Shown one piece after another: positions 1-9,573 of a stretch of 64,000 bases of DNA (its first letter is position 1; each line of letters begins with the position of its first letter). Both the position numbers and the translations under genes were made by a program. The stretch is taken from positions 352,001-416,000 of the forward strand of contig CAWAOD010000005.1 of the NCBI GenBank assembly GCA_963783575.1, read 5' to 3'. Source of the DNA: an uncultured Spirochaetota bacterium. Its GTDB lineage: Bacteria > Spirochaetota > Brevinematia > Brevinematales > JAOACQ01. The notes under the pieces were generated by a model. That model did not search any database and was not told the DNA's origin. It was given only the letters and a program-made list of their open reading frames with translations.

Positions 1-10
1 TCTGATCTGG

Positions 11-1039
11 ATGATTTTTCTTATATATTTTGAAAAATCAGATGAAAAAAATACCGGGAAGATCGATATTTCCAGCATTTTGGTTCTACTCTTTTCAGTA
101 TTCCTCTTAACCGTAAAAATTTCAGGCCTGCCGATCCTTTTTTTTTCAGTATATATCCTTTTTATAGAGCTTAAATCCGGCAGAATTAATAATTTTATTA
201 AACTTTCCTTTATAAGCCTGATCATTGTTCTTCCCTGGCTTATAAGGTTTGTGATTATTTCCGGTTATTTAGTCTACCCTTTTAATAACCTGGATATTTT
301 TGCATTCGACTGGAAGATGCCGCTGTCGATTCTATTAAAGGACAAAACTGATATTGCGTTATGGTCTTTTAAAAAGCCCCCAGCTATGCCATTATGGGAC
401 TATATACCGGCCTGGTATAGCTGGCTGCGCATACAATATAAAGCGGTTGTCTGGCCGTTAACAATAATGTTTTTTGCAGGCATCATGTATTATATTTATT
501 CATTTTTATTTAAAAGAAAAAATTTCTTTGAGAAATTGAAAATCACCCGGGAAATAATTGTAATTCATCTTGCGGCATATATAAGCATTATCTTTTTGTT
601 TTTAACGGCTCCGGATTTCCGATACGGAGCGGGATTTATAACGGCTTTTTTTATTATCCATATTATCCCCGCTTTACAAGCTGCATTAAATGGAAAAAGA
701 ATTAAAGATATATTTATTAAAGGATATTCTGTTTTATGCATCATTTTAATTATCGTTTTGGAAATAATTCTTTTCAGCAGGTATTTTTATTATGGTAAAA
801 GTGAAAATCTTTACGGTAAAGAGGACATCTCAGTTATCCCTTCAAGATTGATTATGCCCGCGGAATACAGGCGTGGTGCCCCAGGAATTAAAAGCTTTAC
901 CCTGAATAAGGGCCTTAATGTTTATTCACATGGTGAACTTAACTGGTATGAACCATTTCCAAGCGCGGTTGAAATCAATCCCGGCCTTATGCAAAGAGGA
1001 AACAGGATTGAAGACGGCTTCAATATAATTTCAAAATAG
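11..1039 (+). CDS. Polytopic membrane protein, C-terminal part (probably starts upstream of the window); GT-C glycosyltransferase-like / LIC_10190-like
   Basis: Many hydrophobic segments; SGYLVYPF and APDFRYG motifs; frame is open back to the window start. Confidence 0.55.
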   Translation: MIFLIYFEKSDEKNTGKIDISSILVLLFSVFLLTVKISGLPILFFSVYILFIELKSGRINNFIKLSFISLIIVLPWLIRFVIISGYLVYPFNNLDIFAFDWKMPLSILLKDKTDIALWSFKKPPAMPLWDYIPAWYSWLRIQYKAVVWPLTIMFFAGIMYYIYSFLFKRKNFFEKLKITREIIVIHLAAYISIIFLFLTAPDFRYGAGFITAFFIIHIIPALQAALNGKRIKDIFIKGYSVLCIILIIVLEIILFSRYFYYGKSENLYGKEDISVIPSRLIMPAEYRRGAPGIKSFTLNKGLNVYSHGELNWYEPFPSAVEINPGLMQRGNRIEDGFNIISK

Positions 1040-1070
1040 TTTCAAATCTTTTAATTATTATAAAAAAATG

Positions 1071-1099
1071 TTGACAAATTTATTTTTAATACTTAAAAT
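1071..1099 (+). promoter_or_regulatory. sigma70-type promoter
   Basis: TTGACA-17 bp-TAAAAT upstream of the XRE regulator. Confidence 0.6.
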
Positions 1100-1152
1100 A
1101 TACTTAAGATAATTCAATAGGATTAAATATTATACAAACGAAAGTTACCGGA

Positions 1153-1737
1153 GTGTTTTTAATGAAATATAAGTTCGGTGAAAAAATTCGGGAAATTAGG
1201 GAAAGAAAAAAAATAACGCTTCGTGAAGTTGCGCAGAAAGCCGGCTTTAGCGAAAGCCTGATATCACAGATTGAAAGGAACAAGGTATCGCCGGCAATAG
1301 ATACTCTTTTAAAAATCGCGGATATATTGGATATTGATCTGGATTATCTTTTCAGCGATTTTAAAAAGGAAAGAGCGGTTAACCTGGTCAGGGCAGGGGA
1401 AAGAAACAAAATTATCCTGCAGGGTATTGTGTATGAACAGCTTTCACACACATCGGCATCCGATGAAGAACATGCCATTGAGGCTTACTATCTTGAAATA
1501 AAACCCGGAGGCGCGAAAGGGAGTTATGAATATGGCCATAAGGGAAAAGAACTGGGAACAATCATTGAAGGATCCGGAGAGTTTAAGATCGGCAACAAAA
1601 GCTATATTTTGAATAAAGGCGACAGTATATCATTTTCGGCTGATGTACCGCATATTTTATCGAATACCGGTGATATAGATTTAAGGGCATTCTGGATCAC
1701 CACGCCGCCTAAAAAATTCATAAACGGACAGAAATGA
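1153..1737 (+). CDS. XRE-family HTH transcriptional regulator with C-terminal cupin domain
   Basis: N-terminal HTH (TLREVAQKAGFSESLISQIERNKVSP); cupin motifs HKGKE and GDSISFSADVPH. Confidence 0.9.
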   Translation: MFLMKYKFGEKIREIRERKKITLREVAQKAGFSESLISQIERNKVSPAIDTLLKIADILDIDLDYLFSDFKKERAVNLVRAGERNKIILQGIVYEQLSHTSASDEEHAIEAYYLEIKPGGAKGSYEYGHKGKELGTIIEGSGEFKIGNKSYILNKGDSISFSADVPHILSNTGDIDLRAFWITTPPKKFINGQK

Positions 1738-1820
1738 AAGATCGGATCGCCTTTTTTGTCGGGATAGCTTTACAGTTTTTATAAGCGGAAAACTAAATCT
1801 TACCCATAGATTTGGAGGTG

Positions 1821-1853
1821 CAGACCCCAGGCCTTACCAAGGTCTGGGGTTTG
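1821..1853 (+). terminator. GC-rich stem-loop just before the methyltransferase RBS (terminator/attenuator candidate)
   Basis: CAGACCCCAGGCCTT-ACC-AAGGTCTGGGGTTTG, 15-bp stem with two G-U pairs. Confidence 0.5.
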
Positions 1854-1870
1854 ATTAATAAGGAGAATTT

Positions 1871-2680
1871 ATGCCGGAGAAAATAGATTTTACCGAAGTT
1901 TCCGGAAGGTACGAAAAGACTTCAATTCTTCAGAACTCGGCTTCGGAAACACTGTTTAATCTTTTAAACATTGGGGAAAATGAAGATGTCCTTGATGCCG
2001 GATGCGGCACGGGAAATCTTACAGACAAAATACGTAAAATTACTCGTGGAAAAGTGATTGGAATAGATGCTGCGCCCGGAATGATAAATAAGGCAATAAA
2101 GAAGTATGGCAGCGAAAATATAACCTTTTCCCTGGTTTCTGCAGATGAAATGAATTATAATGAGGACTTTGACGTAATATTCTGCAATTCAACTTTCCAG
2201 TGGTTTAAAAGCCCTGGAAAGCCCCTGGCAAAATTTTACCGGGCTTTAAAACATGGCGGAAGGGTTGGAATTCAATCTCCGGCAACAAAGAATTACTGCA
2301 TAAATTTCATAAACGCCGTAAGGAATGTTGAAATAAATCCCGTTACGGCTGAAGTATTTAAACATCATATTGATCCCTGGCTCTTCCTGGAAAATTCCGC
2401 CGATTATAAGAATCTTTTTGAGGATTCCGGATTTGTTGTTACTTTTTCGGAAATAATCAAAACCAGTTCGAAACATTCCATCGAAGAAGCATTCAGCGCA
2501 TTCGCCTCAGGGGCCATCGCGGGTTATCTGAACAGGGAATATTATGATGCGGAATTAAGCATTAATTATATTGAAGAATTCAAGAAAATTGTTAAGGAAG
2601 ATTTTGTCAGGCAGGCGGATGAATTCGGCCAGGTTGAACTTATATTTAACCGCATTTTTTTAACAGCAGTAAAAAATTAG
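1871..2680 (+). CDS. Class I SAM-dependent methyltransferase (BioC/Tam-like)
   Basis: VLDAGCGTG motif I, GIDAAPGM, FDVIFCNSTFQW, LKHGG. Confidence 0.85.
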   Translation: MPEKIDFTEVSGRYEKTSILQNSASETLFNLLNIGENEDVLDAGCGTGNLTDKIRKITRGKVIGIDAAPGMINKAIKKYGSENITFSLVSADEMNYNEDFDVIFCNSTFQWFKSPGKPLAKFYRALKHGGRVGIQSPATKNYCINFINAVRNVEINPVTAEVFKHHIDPWLFLENSADYKNLFEDSGFVVTFSEIIKTSSKHSIEEAFSAFASGAIAGYLNREYYDAELSINYIEEFKKIVKEDFVRQADEFGQVELIFNRIFLTAVKN

Positions 2681-2691
2681 TGTGAATTAAT

Positions 2692-3523
2692 ATGCCTCAA
2701 ACTTTAACAGAAGCTTTTGATAAAATTGCAGGGAGTTACGACGCAGAAAGGAGAAAATTGATCCCCTGTTTTGATGATTTTTATAAAACCGCTGTTTACA
2801 TTGCCAAGACAGGCAAAAAAGAGCCTGAAATACTTGATATTGGCGCTGGTACTGGTTTATTCGCATATTTTCTCAGGGGAAAATACCCTGCTGCTAATTT
2901 TACATTGATCGATATTTCTGAAAAAATGCTGAATACAGCAAAGGAAAGGTTCAGCGAAGAAAAAAAATCCATTTTATCACCGGTAATTATGTTGATTATA
3001 ATTTTACCGGAAGTTTTGATATAATTATTTCCGCGCTTTCCATACATCACTTGGCGGATGAAGATAAAAAGATGCTTTTTGTCAAATGCTTTAGACTGCT
3101 TAAGCCGGGCGGTATATTTATTAACGCCGATCAGGCGGCAGGAAGCACCGGAGCCCTGGAGAAAATATACCGAGAATACTGGATTTCATTTATAGAAAAC
3201 AGCGGTTTAGAGACTGATAAAATCAAGGCTGCTTACGAAAGAATGAAACTGGACAGGATGGCGGCCGTGGGTTCACTGAAAATCAGCATAAATCTTAAAA
3301 TGTTTAAAAAACAGTATTTTATTGGTGTCATATCCTATTTTATAACAATGAGTTATAAATGCAATTAGAAAAGGTTGGTTATAGTTTTCAAATTTTAAAT
3401 CATTTTTCAGTGAACCCGGCCGTGGAAGACCAGTTAAGCTGGCTGAAAGAAGCAGGTTTTACAGATATTGACTACGTTTATAAATATTTTAATTTCGCGG
3501 TATTTTATGCAAAGAAACAATAA
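2692..3523 (+). pseudogene. Class I SAM methyltransferase (CmoA-like) interrupted by a MITE, plus a frameshift in an A8 run
   Basis: ILDIGAGTG. Adding one A at 2960-2967 restores ...IHFITGNY...FDIIISALSIHHL. Removing 3269-3423 restores ...DRMAAVEDQLSWLKEAGFTDIDYVYKYFNFAVFYAKKQ* (stop 3521-3523). Confidence 0.85.
3269..3417. mobile_element. 149-bp MITE with 14-bp terminal inverted repeats and a 6-bp target duplication
   Basis: GGGTTCACTGAAAA ... TTTTCAGTGAACCC, flanked by GGCCGT at 3263-3268 and 3418-3423. Confidence 0.92.
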
Positions 3524-3548
3524 TTTAGCTGAATATGGAGTAAAAAAC

Positions 3549-4577
3549 ATGAGGGAATATTTAAAAGTACCGGAATCCGATCCGGAAAAAATACTCAGGC
3601 TGAGGGACAGCAGTTTTGCCGCTGATTTATTTATTACTGCCGTGTCTTACCTGGATTTATTTTCATGGCTTGAAGCTAAGCCATCGGATTTTGAAACAAT
3701 CTGCGGTAATTTTAAGATCGCTTCCAGGCCGGCTGATGTTATGCTGACTTTATTTAAGTCATATGGGTTTATAGAAGAAAAAAAACATATATTTTATAAT
3801 ACGGGAATCTCTATGGATTATTTATGCCGCTCCTCGTTTTGGAACCTGGGGCCGTATGTCGAATCACTAAAAGACAGGCCTATAAGTTTAGACATGATAA
3901 AGGTTTTAAAAACCGGGAAGCCGGCCGGCTGGGGAGCTAAAAAAGACGGTAAGGATTGGTCTTCGGCAATGAATGACGAAAAGTTTGCCGGAGAATTTAC
4001 GGCCGGAATGAACAGCCGGGGGGCGTATCTTGCCGCTGGACTTGCTCAAAAGCTTGATCTGTCAGGTTATTCCAGAATACTGGATATCGGAGGGGCTTCA
4101 GGGATATATTCAATAATTCTGGCCGATAAAAATCCGGGCTTATCAGGAAGTATATTTGAAAAAAAACCGGTGGACATAGCAGCACGTTATACAATAGAAA
4201 AATTCGGACTTTCCGGCAGGATAAATATTGTTTCGGGCGATATGTTTGAAGATGAATTCCCGAAAGATTATGATGTTCATTTTATTTCTCATGTTTTACA
4301 TGATTGGGATAATGAAGCTGTAAAAAAATTATTGAGGAAATCTTATAATAGCTTGAAACCGGGCGGTATTATCGTAATACATGACGCGCATATCAATAAA
4401 AAGAAAACCGGGCCGGTTTCCGTTGCCGAATATTCCGCGCTGCTTATGTTTTCCACGGAAGGCAAATGTTATTCTGTCTCGGAATTGTTTGCTTTTTTGA
4501 AAGAAACCGGTTTCAAGGATTTAAAGTATTTACCGGCTGCTTTGAACCGAAGCGTAATCACAGGGAAAAAATATTAA
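3549..4577 (+). CDS. O-methyltransferase (Methyltransf_2 family, with dimerisation domain); start reassigned to ATG 3549
   Basis: ILDIGGASG, SGDMF, HVLHDW, LKPGG motifs; GGAG RBS before 3549. Confidence 0.85.
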   Translation: MREYLKVPESDPEKILRLRDSSFAADLFITAVSYLDLFSWLEAKPSDFETICGNFKIASRPADVMLTLFKSYGFIEEKKHIFYNTGISMDYLCRSSFWNLGPYVESLKDRPISLDMIKVLKTGKPAGWGAKKDGKDWSSAMNDEKFAGEFTAGMNSRGAYLAAGLAQKLDLSGYSRILDIGGASGIYSIILADKNPGLSGSIFEKKPVDIAARYTIEKFGLSGRINIVSGDMFEDEFPKDYDVHFISHVLHDWDNEAVKKLLRKSYNSLKPGGIIVIHDAHINKKKTGPVSVAEYSALLMFSTEGKCYSVSELFAFLKETGFKDLKYLPAALNRSVITGKKY

Positions 4578-4659
4578 TCATGACGCTCAATCAAATAAAG
4601 ACATATATATAAATGCTATAAAATATGGATGCAGCATCATGCTGCTATGGAGGTAATAA

Positions 4660-5949
4660 ATGGGCAGAACGATAGCGGAAAAGATTTTTGACGCTCACCT
4701 GGTTAATAAACCTTTTGAGGATAGTTTCGTTTTGAAGCTTGATACGGTCTTTTGCCATGAAATAACAACGCCGATCGCAATTACCGACCTTATGGCAAGG
4801 GGTAAGGACAGGGTCTTTGACCCTTCAAAGATAAAAGCGGTGATAGATCATGTGACTCCGGCAAAGGATTCCAAAACGGCCGAGCAGGGAAAAATTCTTA
4901 GAGACTGGGCACGAAGAAACGGGATAAAGGATTTCTTTGATATTGGCAGAAACGGGGTTTGCCATGCAATATTCCCGGAGAAGGGATTTGTCAGACCGGG
5001 ATATACTGTAATTATGGGGGATTCCCATACCTGCACGCATGGAGCTTTCGGGGCTTTCGCAGCGGGAGTCGGTACAACTGACCTTGAAGTGGGTATTTTG
5101 AAGGGCGTGTGCGCGTTCAAATATCCGAAAACCATAAAATTTGTCCTGAAAGGAAAACTCCCGCAGGGTGTTTACGCTAAAGACGTGATTCTTTTCATAA
5201 TATCGCAGGTATCTGTAAACGGCGCGACCGATCATGTAATGGAGTTCACCGGACCGGCCGTTGATGAGATGACCATGGACTCCAGAATGACTTTGTGCAA
5301 TATGGCGATTGAGGCCGGTGCGACCTCTGGAATATGCTACCCAGATAAAATTACAGTCGATTATTTATGGCCGTTTATAAAAGATGAGTTCCGGACAAAA
5401 GAGGCGGCCCTCAAGGAATACAGCCGGTGGATTTCCGATCCGGACTCAAAATATACTAAAACTTTTGTTTATGATGTCGGCCTTCTGGAACCAATGGTTA
5501 CATTCGGTTACAAACCGGACCAGGTGAAGCCCGTCAGGGAAATGGAAGGCACAAAAATAGACCAGGTCTATATCGGAAGCTGTACAAACGGAAGGATTGA
5601 AGACCTTCGTATCGCCGCGGAAATCCTGAAGGGTAAAAAAGTAAGCGATAATTTACGGGGAATACTTTCGCCCGCAACCCCCGGGGTATATAAGCAGGCA
5701 ATAAAAGAAGGCATTATCGATATTTTTATGGATGCGGGTTTCTGTGTTACAAACCCGACCTGCGGCGCCTGCCTTGGAATGAGCAACGGCGTACTGGCGG
5801 AAAGTGAGTCCTGCGGTTCCACGACAAACCGGAATTTTTACGGAAGGATGGGAAGGGGAGGAATGGTTCACCTTATGAGCCCGGCAACTGCGGCTGCTAC
5901 CGCAATTAAGGGTGTTATCGCGAACTCGCCGCTGTATTGTAACAAATAA
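4660..5949 (+). CDS. leuC: 3-isopropylmalate dehydratase large subunit (LeuC/HacA type)
   Basis: GDSHTCTHGAFGAF, IGSCTNGRIEDL, CGACLG, STTNRNF, HLMSPATAAA. Confidence 0.93.
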   Translation: MGRTIAEKIFDAHLVNKPFEDSFVLKLDTVFCHEITTPIAITDLMARGKDRVFDPSKIKAVIDHVTPAKDSKTAEQGKILRDWARRNGIKDFFDIGRNGVCHAIFPEKGFVRPGYTVIMGDSHTCTHGAFGAFAAGVGTTDLEVGILKGVCAFKYPKTIKFVLKGKLPQGVYAKDVILFIISQVSVNGATDHVMEFTGPAVDEMTMDSRMTLCNMAIEAGATSGICYPDKITVDYLWPFIKDEFRTKEAALKEYSRWISDPDSKYTKTFVYDVGLLEPMVTFGYKPDQVKPVREMEGTKIDQVYIGSCTNGRIEDLRIAAEILKGKKVSDNLRGILSPATPGVYKQAIKEGIIDIFMDAGFCVTNPTCGACLGMSNGVLAESESCGSTTNRNFYGRMGRGGMVHLMSPATAAATAIKGVIANSPLYCNK

Positions 5950-5983
5950 TTGTATAACAATTATAATATCGGAGGAATTATTT

Positions 5984-6508
5984 ATGAAAACATTCGGAGG
6001 AAAAGCTCTTTTTCTGGATAAATCGGACATTAATACGGATGAGATTATACCCGCGAAGTACCTGACGGAAATTACCAAAGAGGCTTTGAAGCCATATTTG
6101 CTGGAAGATTTAAAGATGGAAGGCTTAAATCCGGGAAGGGATATTCCGGGGAAAAGCGTTGTCATATCAAGGGCGAATTTCGGCTGCGGTTCATCGCGGG
6201 AGCATGCGCCATGGGCGCTTGAAATGAACGGGATTTACACGGTCATAGCGGAAAGTTACGCCCGTATTTTCCGGCAGAATATGTTCAATTGCGGAATGCT
6301 CGCGATAGAATTGCCGAAAGAAGTCATTGCTTCTATTTTTGATAATTATAAAGGCAGGAATGTGGAAATCGGCATAAATCTGGAAGGATCATTTCTGGAA
6401 ATCAAAGCCGAAGGTAAATCTGAGAAGTTCAACTTCATACTCAATCCTTTCGACAGGGAACTTGTCAAAGCCGGGGGCTGGGTCGATTACGCAGACGCTC
6501 ATTATTAA
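5984..6508 (+). CDS. leuD: 3-isopropylmalate dehydratase small subunit; start at ATG 5984
   Basis: DINTDEIIPAKYL, NFGCGSSREHAPWAL, SYARIFRQN; GGAGG RBS. Confidence 0.93.
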   Translation: MKTFGGKALFLDKSDINTDEIIPAKYLTEITKEALKPYLLEDLKMEGLNPGRDIPGKSVVISRANFGCGSSREHAPWALEMNGIYTVIAESYARIFRQNMFNCGMLAIELPKEVIASIFDNYKGRNVEIGINLEGSFLEIKAEGKSEKFNFILNPFDRELVKAGGWVDYADAHY

Positions 6509-6550
6509 TGAGCATCATGCTCAACAAATTCCGCCCGAGAGGGCGGGTCA

Positions 6551-6692
6551 TTGACGGGAAGAACGCTGCGAAAGAATATAACTTTTGCGTCCCTCCGTAA
6601 CTCACATCCTGTTCGGACAGATCTCCGGGCACGCGCGAGTCCTATCGCGCTCGCAAAAGTGACATTCTTTCTCCGCTATTCACTCCCGTAAA
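6551..6692. repeat. Nested long stem-loop element related to the island spacer family
   Basis: ACGGGA/TCCCGT, AAAGAAT/ATTCTTT and ACTTTTGCG/CGCAAAAGT nested pairings; inner hairpin 6633-6650. Confidence 0.65.
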
Positions 6693-6703
6693 TCTTGTAA
6701 GGA

Positions 6704-6792
6704 AGAACAGCCGGGAGATTTAATAACAATTCTTTTATAATCAATAATAATCTGAAATTACCTATTCTTTATTGTTATTGGCCGGCTGTTCT
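6704..6792. repeat. Long inverted repeat
   Basis: AGAACAGCCGG/CCGGCTGTTCT outer arms and TAATAACAAT/ATTGTTATTG inner arms. Confidence 0.6.
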
Positions 6793-6856
6793 AAGGATTT
6801 TTGTGTAACTTTTATGTTTATGGAATAAGTGAAGATGGTTGTTTATAAAATGGTTC

Positions 6857-6886
6857 TTGACAATCAATAAATTAAAATACTATAAT
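6857..6886 (+). promoter_or_regulatory. sigma70-type promoter upstream of the first cargo gene
   Basis: TTGACA-18 bp-TATAAT. Confidence 0.55.
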
Positions 6887-7054
6887 GAAAATATGTCTAT
6901 CCGTTGACCGGAAGTTTTATTGTTTTTTATCAAACAATGAATTCAATAACTGGGTTATTGTCCTAAAATGGCATGATATACGCAATACTTATATATCGAG
7001 TTAGGCGATAAATCACCTCACACTAATTTTACTAATAATTATAGAGGTTTATGT

Positions 7055-7930
7055 ATGAAATTAATTATTTTAACCGTATTAACGTTTCTTATTCAAATTA
7101 ACATTTATGGATTTCAATTCAGGTATATCAACACACCGGATTCAATTTCCTTTACTACCAAACTTTTATTGGAAGAGGGAATAAAACCAAAATATTTAGC
7201 TGAATGGACATCAGCTCTCAAATATTATAACGACATTGTTGATCCTTATTATAAAGAAAAATATATCTGGGAAGAGTCTAAAAAAAATTGGCTAAACTTT
7301 ACAGAAATATCTGAGTATATCAGTAATGAAATTTATTTTTATGATACAAATAATATACATGTTTCCGAAAAAGATTATTCGCTTCATTGCATGACTTCTT
7401 TTATATTATTAATGCGTGATAAAATAAGAGTAAATACTCCATTTTTTTATAAATATAAGGAAAATGAATCCAGTTCTGTTTATTCTGTTATAAAATGGTT
7501 AAAAAATCATAATATTTTTTTATCCGATAAAGAAAAAATGGCGTTTGAAACATTAAATAATTATTTTTCGATAACAAATAATATTGCTAAAGACAACAGT
7601 ATGTTTGACATTGCTTTAAATGAGCTAAATAAACGGTGGAGTAAAGAAGGTTTTCATTTCCCGAAAAATCCTAATTTAAAAGTATTACAGGTTTGGGCTA
7701 TTCAGATCAAAAAATACGTATATTTTTGTGATCATAATGCTATAGTGATAGAAAGAGATAATAAATTGTATTTAATTGAAAAAGAATCATATTATCATCC
7801 CTTTTCAATCTCAATATTTAAGGATTATGATGAATTGATAAAATATTTATATAGATTTTACTTTAATGATCCAAACGATGGAATTATGGTTACAGTAAAC
7901 GGGAAAATTGTTTGGAAGATACTTTATTGA
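7055..7930 (+). CDS. Secreted hypothetical protein, DUF4300-like (possible papain-like Cys/His/Glu fold); very AT-rich
   Basis: Signal peptide; HCMTSF ... DHNAIVIE ... YLIEKESYYHPFSISIFKDYDELIKYL pattern. Confidence 0.5.
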   Translation: MKLIILTVLTFLIQINIYGFQFRYINTPDSISFTTKLLLEEGIKPKYLAEWTSALKYYNDIVDPYYKEKYIWEESKKNWLNFTEISEYISNEIYFYDTNNIHVSEKDYSLHCMTSFILLMRDKIRVNTPFFYKYKENESSSVYSVIKWLKNHNIFLSDKEKMAFETLNNYFSITNNIAKDNSMFDIALNELNKRWSKEGFHFPKNPNLKVLQVWAIQIKKYVYFCDHNAIVIERDNKLYLIEKESYYHPFSISIFKDYDELIKYLYRFYFNDPNDGIMVTVNGKIVWKILY

Positions 7931-8077
7931 ATTGATAGTGGGGTGGCCCTTCGTACAACAGCCTTATAGAAAAAGTCTAAATTAAATAACAGTTTTCCTT
8001 TCCATCCGGCTCCTGAAATTTTTATGTATAGTGTTGAACAGGCCTCAATCAGCCTGACAGAACAAGGGGGCATGCCC

Positions 8078-9427
8078 CATAAGCGCTAACTTGTTAAGGA
8101 AAAATATTCCACAATTTGCATTTTTCTTCTTCTCTTTTTATTAATAAGTCCTCTGGAAATTCTTATCCAATTTATAAAAATACCGGTAAGCGAAAGGCAT
8201 GGAATAATTACTCTCTGCATTTCATGAAGCATAAATGCAAATTCACGCCAACGGCTTACTATCCCTGCCCTGATTAATAATATCATAACCCCAGGGGAAA
8301 AAAGTTGGGCTTGCCAGATAAGTTTTTCGTTTAACAGGGCCACAAACAATTTGCCATACAGCCAAGCCTTGGAACTTTCATCTGTATATTTAGGCAAATG
8401 CCCAAGTTCCGCAAGTTGCTTAAAACGTTTAAATACTAATTCAACCTGCCATCGTAATCTATACCATCGCAGTATTTCTGCCGGCGGAAAACTTGACTCT
8501 TCAAAAGTTGTGAATACAATCACAAACTCCGCATATATTAGTGTCTCCGGTTTTAACTTCTGACTCTTTTTTATAGCATGCTTTTTAATACGTTTGTGAG
8601 CCTTAAGAATAGCTTGTTCAGATTTTCTTATAACACAAACTCTACCGGAAACAGTGGTTTTATCAGGGCATTGTAAATGAACATTCCATGAACATGCTTG
8701 TCCCGATTTCGAAACTTCTGATAATATATCCAGCCAATTAAATGGCTTACCGGATGAATCGCTAACTACAACATGATGAGGGCTGATGCGGACCAATAGA
8801 GAAGCTTTCTGCTCAACGGCAAACTTTATTCCCGGAGCCTGACCATAACCTCGATCACCTATAATATAATCACCCGGTTTCAAATCAAATTGTTTAAACG
8901 ACTCACCCGTCCCTATACCGTTCATTTGAGTTACGCGAAAGTAGTCACACTTGAATGTAGGTAGTCTAAGACTGTAATGAACCTTCCATAAACTTCCCGT
9001 CCTTCCAGGTTCTTTAACTACAGTAGCATCAAGAAGGCGAACTTCAAATCCATCTTTATTTTCCAGTTTCACACCTCGCTCCTCAAATAAACCTTCACAT
9101 AATGACGCCAACCAATCCGAACTCTTTCTTAATCGCTTCAGCAAGGCAACATCAGATAAATCTGCTAAATTGGCTTCACGAGCCCTTACTACTGTTTCTC
9201 TTAGAGAAAACCCGCCAGCCAGATGAATCAAAAGGGTTCTGAGCAAGTCCTCCTCAGATTTGCACTTACGCAATCCCCTTAATGCACCCGTTTCCTTTGC
9301 CTTTTCACGCCAACCTATTGGAAACATTGAAACTAAAATATTCCAATCTTCATTAATCATAGCCGCCTCCATATAAATATTATAGCTATGATTTGTAAAA
9401 ATATCAAGAATCAAGTTAGCGCTTATG
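8078..9427 (-). mobile_element. IS4-family insertion sequence, copy 1
   Basis: 16-bp IRs CATAAGCGCTAACTTG / CAAGTTAGCGCTTATG; near-identical copy starts at 62871. Confidence 0.9.
8086..9360 (-). CDS. IS4-family DDE transposase
   Basis: LLDAT, IGDRGY, YRLRWQVELVFKRFK signature; GGAGG RBS before ATG 9360. Confidence 0.9.
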   Translation of the reverse strand: MINEDWNILVSMFPIGWREKAKETGALRGLRKCKSEEDLLRTLLIHLAGGFSLRETVVRAREANLADLSDVALLKRLRKSSDWLASLCEGLFEERGVKLENKDGFEVRLLDATVVKEPGRTGSLWKVHYSLRLPTFKCDYFRVTQMNGIGTGESFKQFDLKPGDYIIGDRGYGQAPGIKFAVEQKASLLVRISPHHVVVSDSSGKPFNWLDILSEVSKSGQACSWNVHLQCPDKTTVSGRVCVIRKSEQAILKAHKRIKKHAIKKSQKLKPETLIYAEFVIVFTTFEESSFPPAEILRWYRLRWQVELVFKRFKQLAELGHLPKYTDESSKAWLYGKLFVALLNEKLIWQAQLFSPGVMILLIRAGIVSRWREFAFMLHEMQRVIIPCLSLTGIFINWIRISRGLINKKRRRKMQIVEYFSLTS

Positions 9428-9573
9428 CCTTGTTCTGGCTACGAGGAAACTGACTAAATGGAAATGTCAAGAGTTTTTCCCATACCTGTACTCGGGTAAT
9501 TTCCCACCCCTTCCACAAGAGTATTTCCCATATGCTTCACAAGAGTTTTTCCCATAGGAGGAGGCAAGAATGG

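Noticed and set aside
3468..3548. Upstream start for the O-methyltransferase
   Set aside because: Overlaps the restored 3' end of the preceding gene; the RBS supports 3549.
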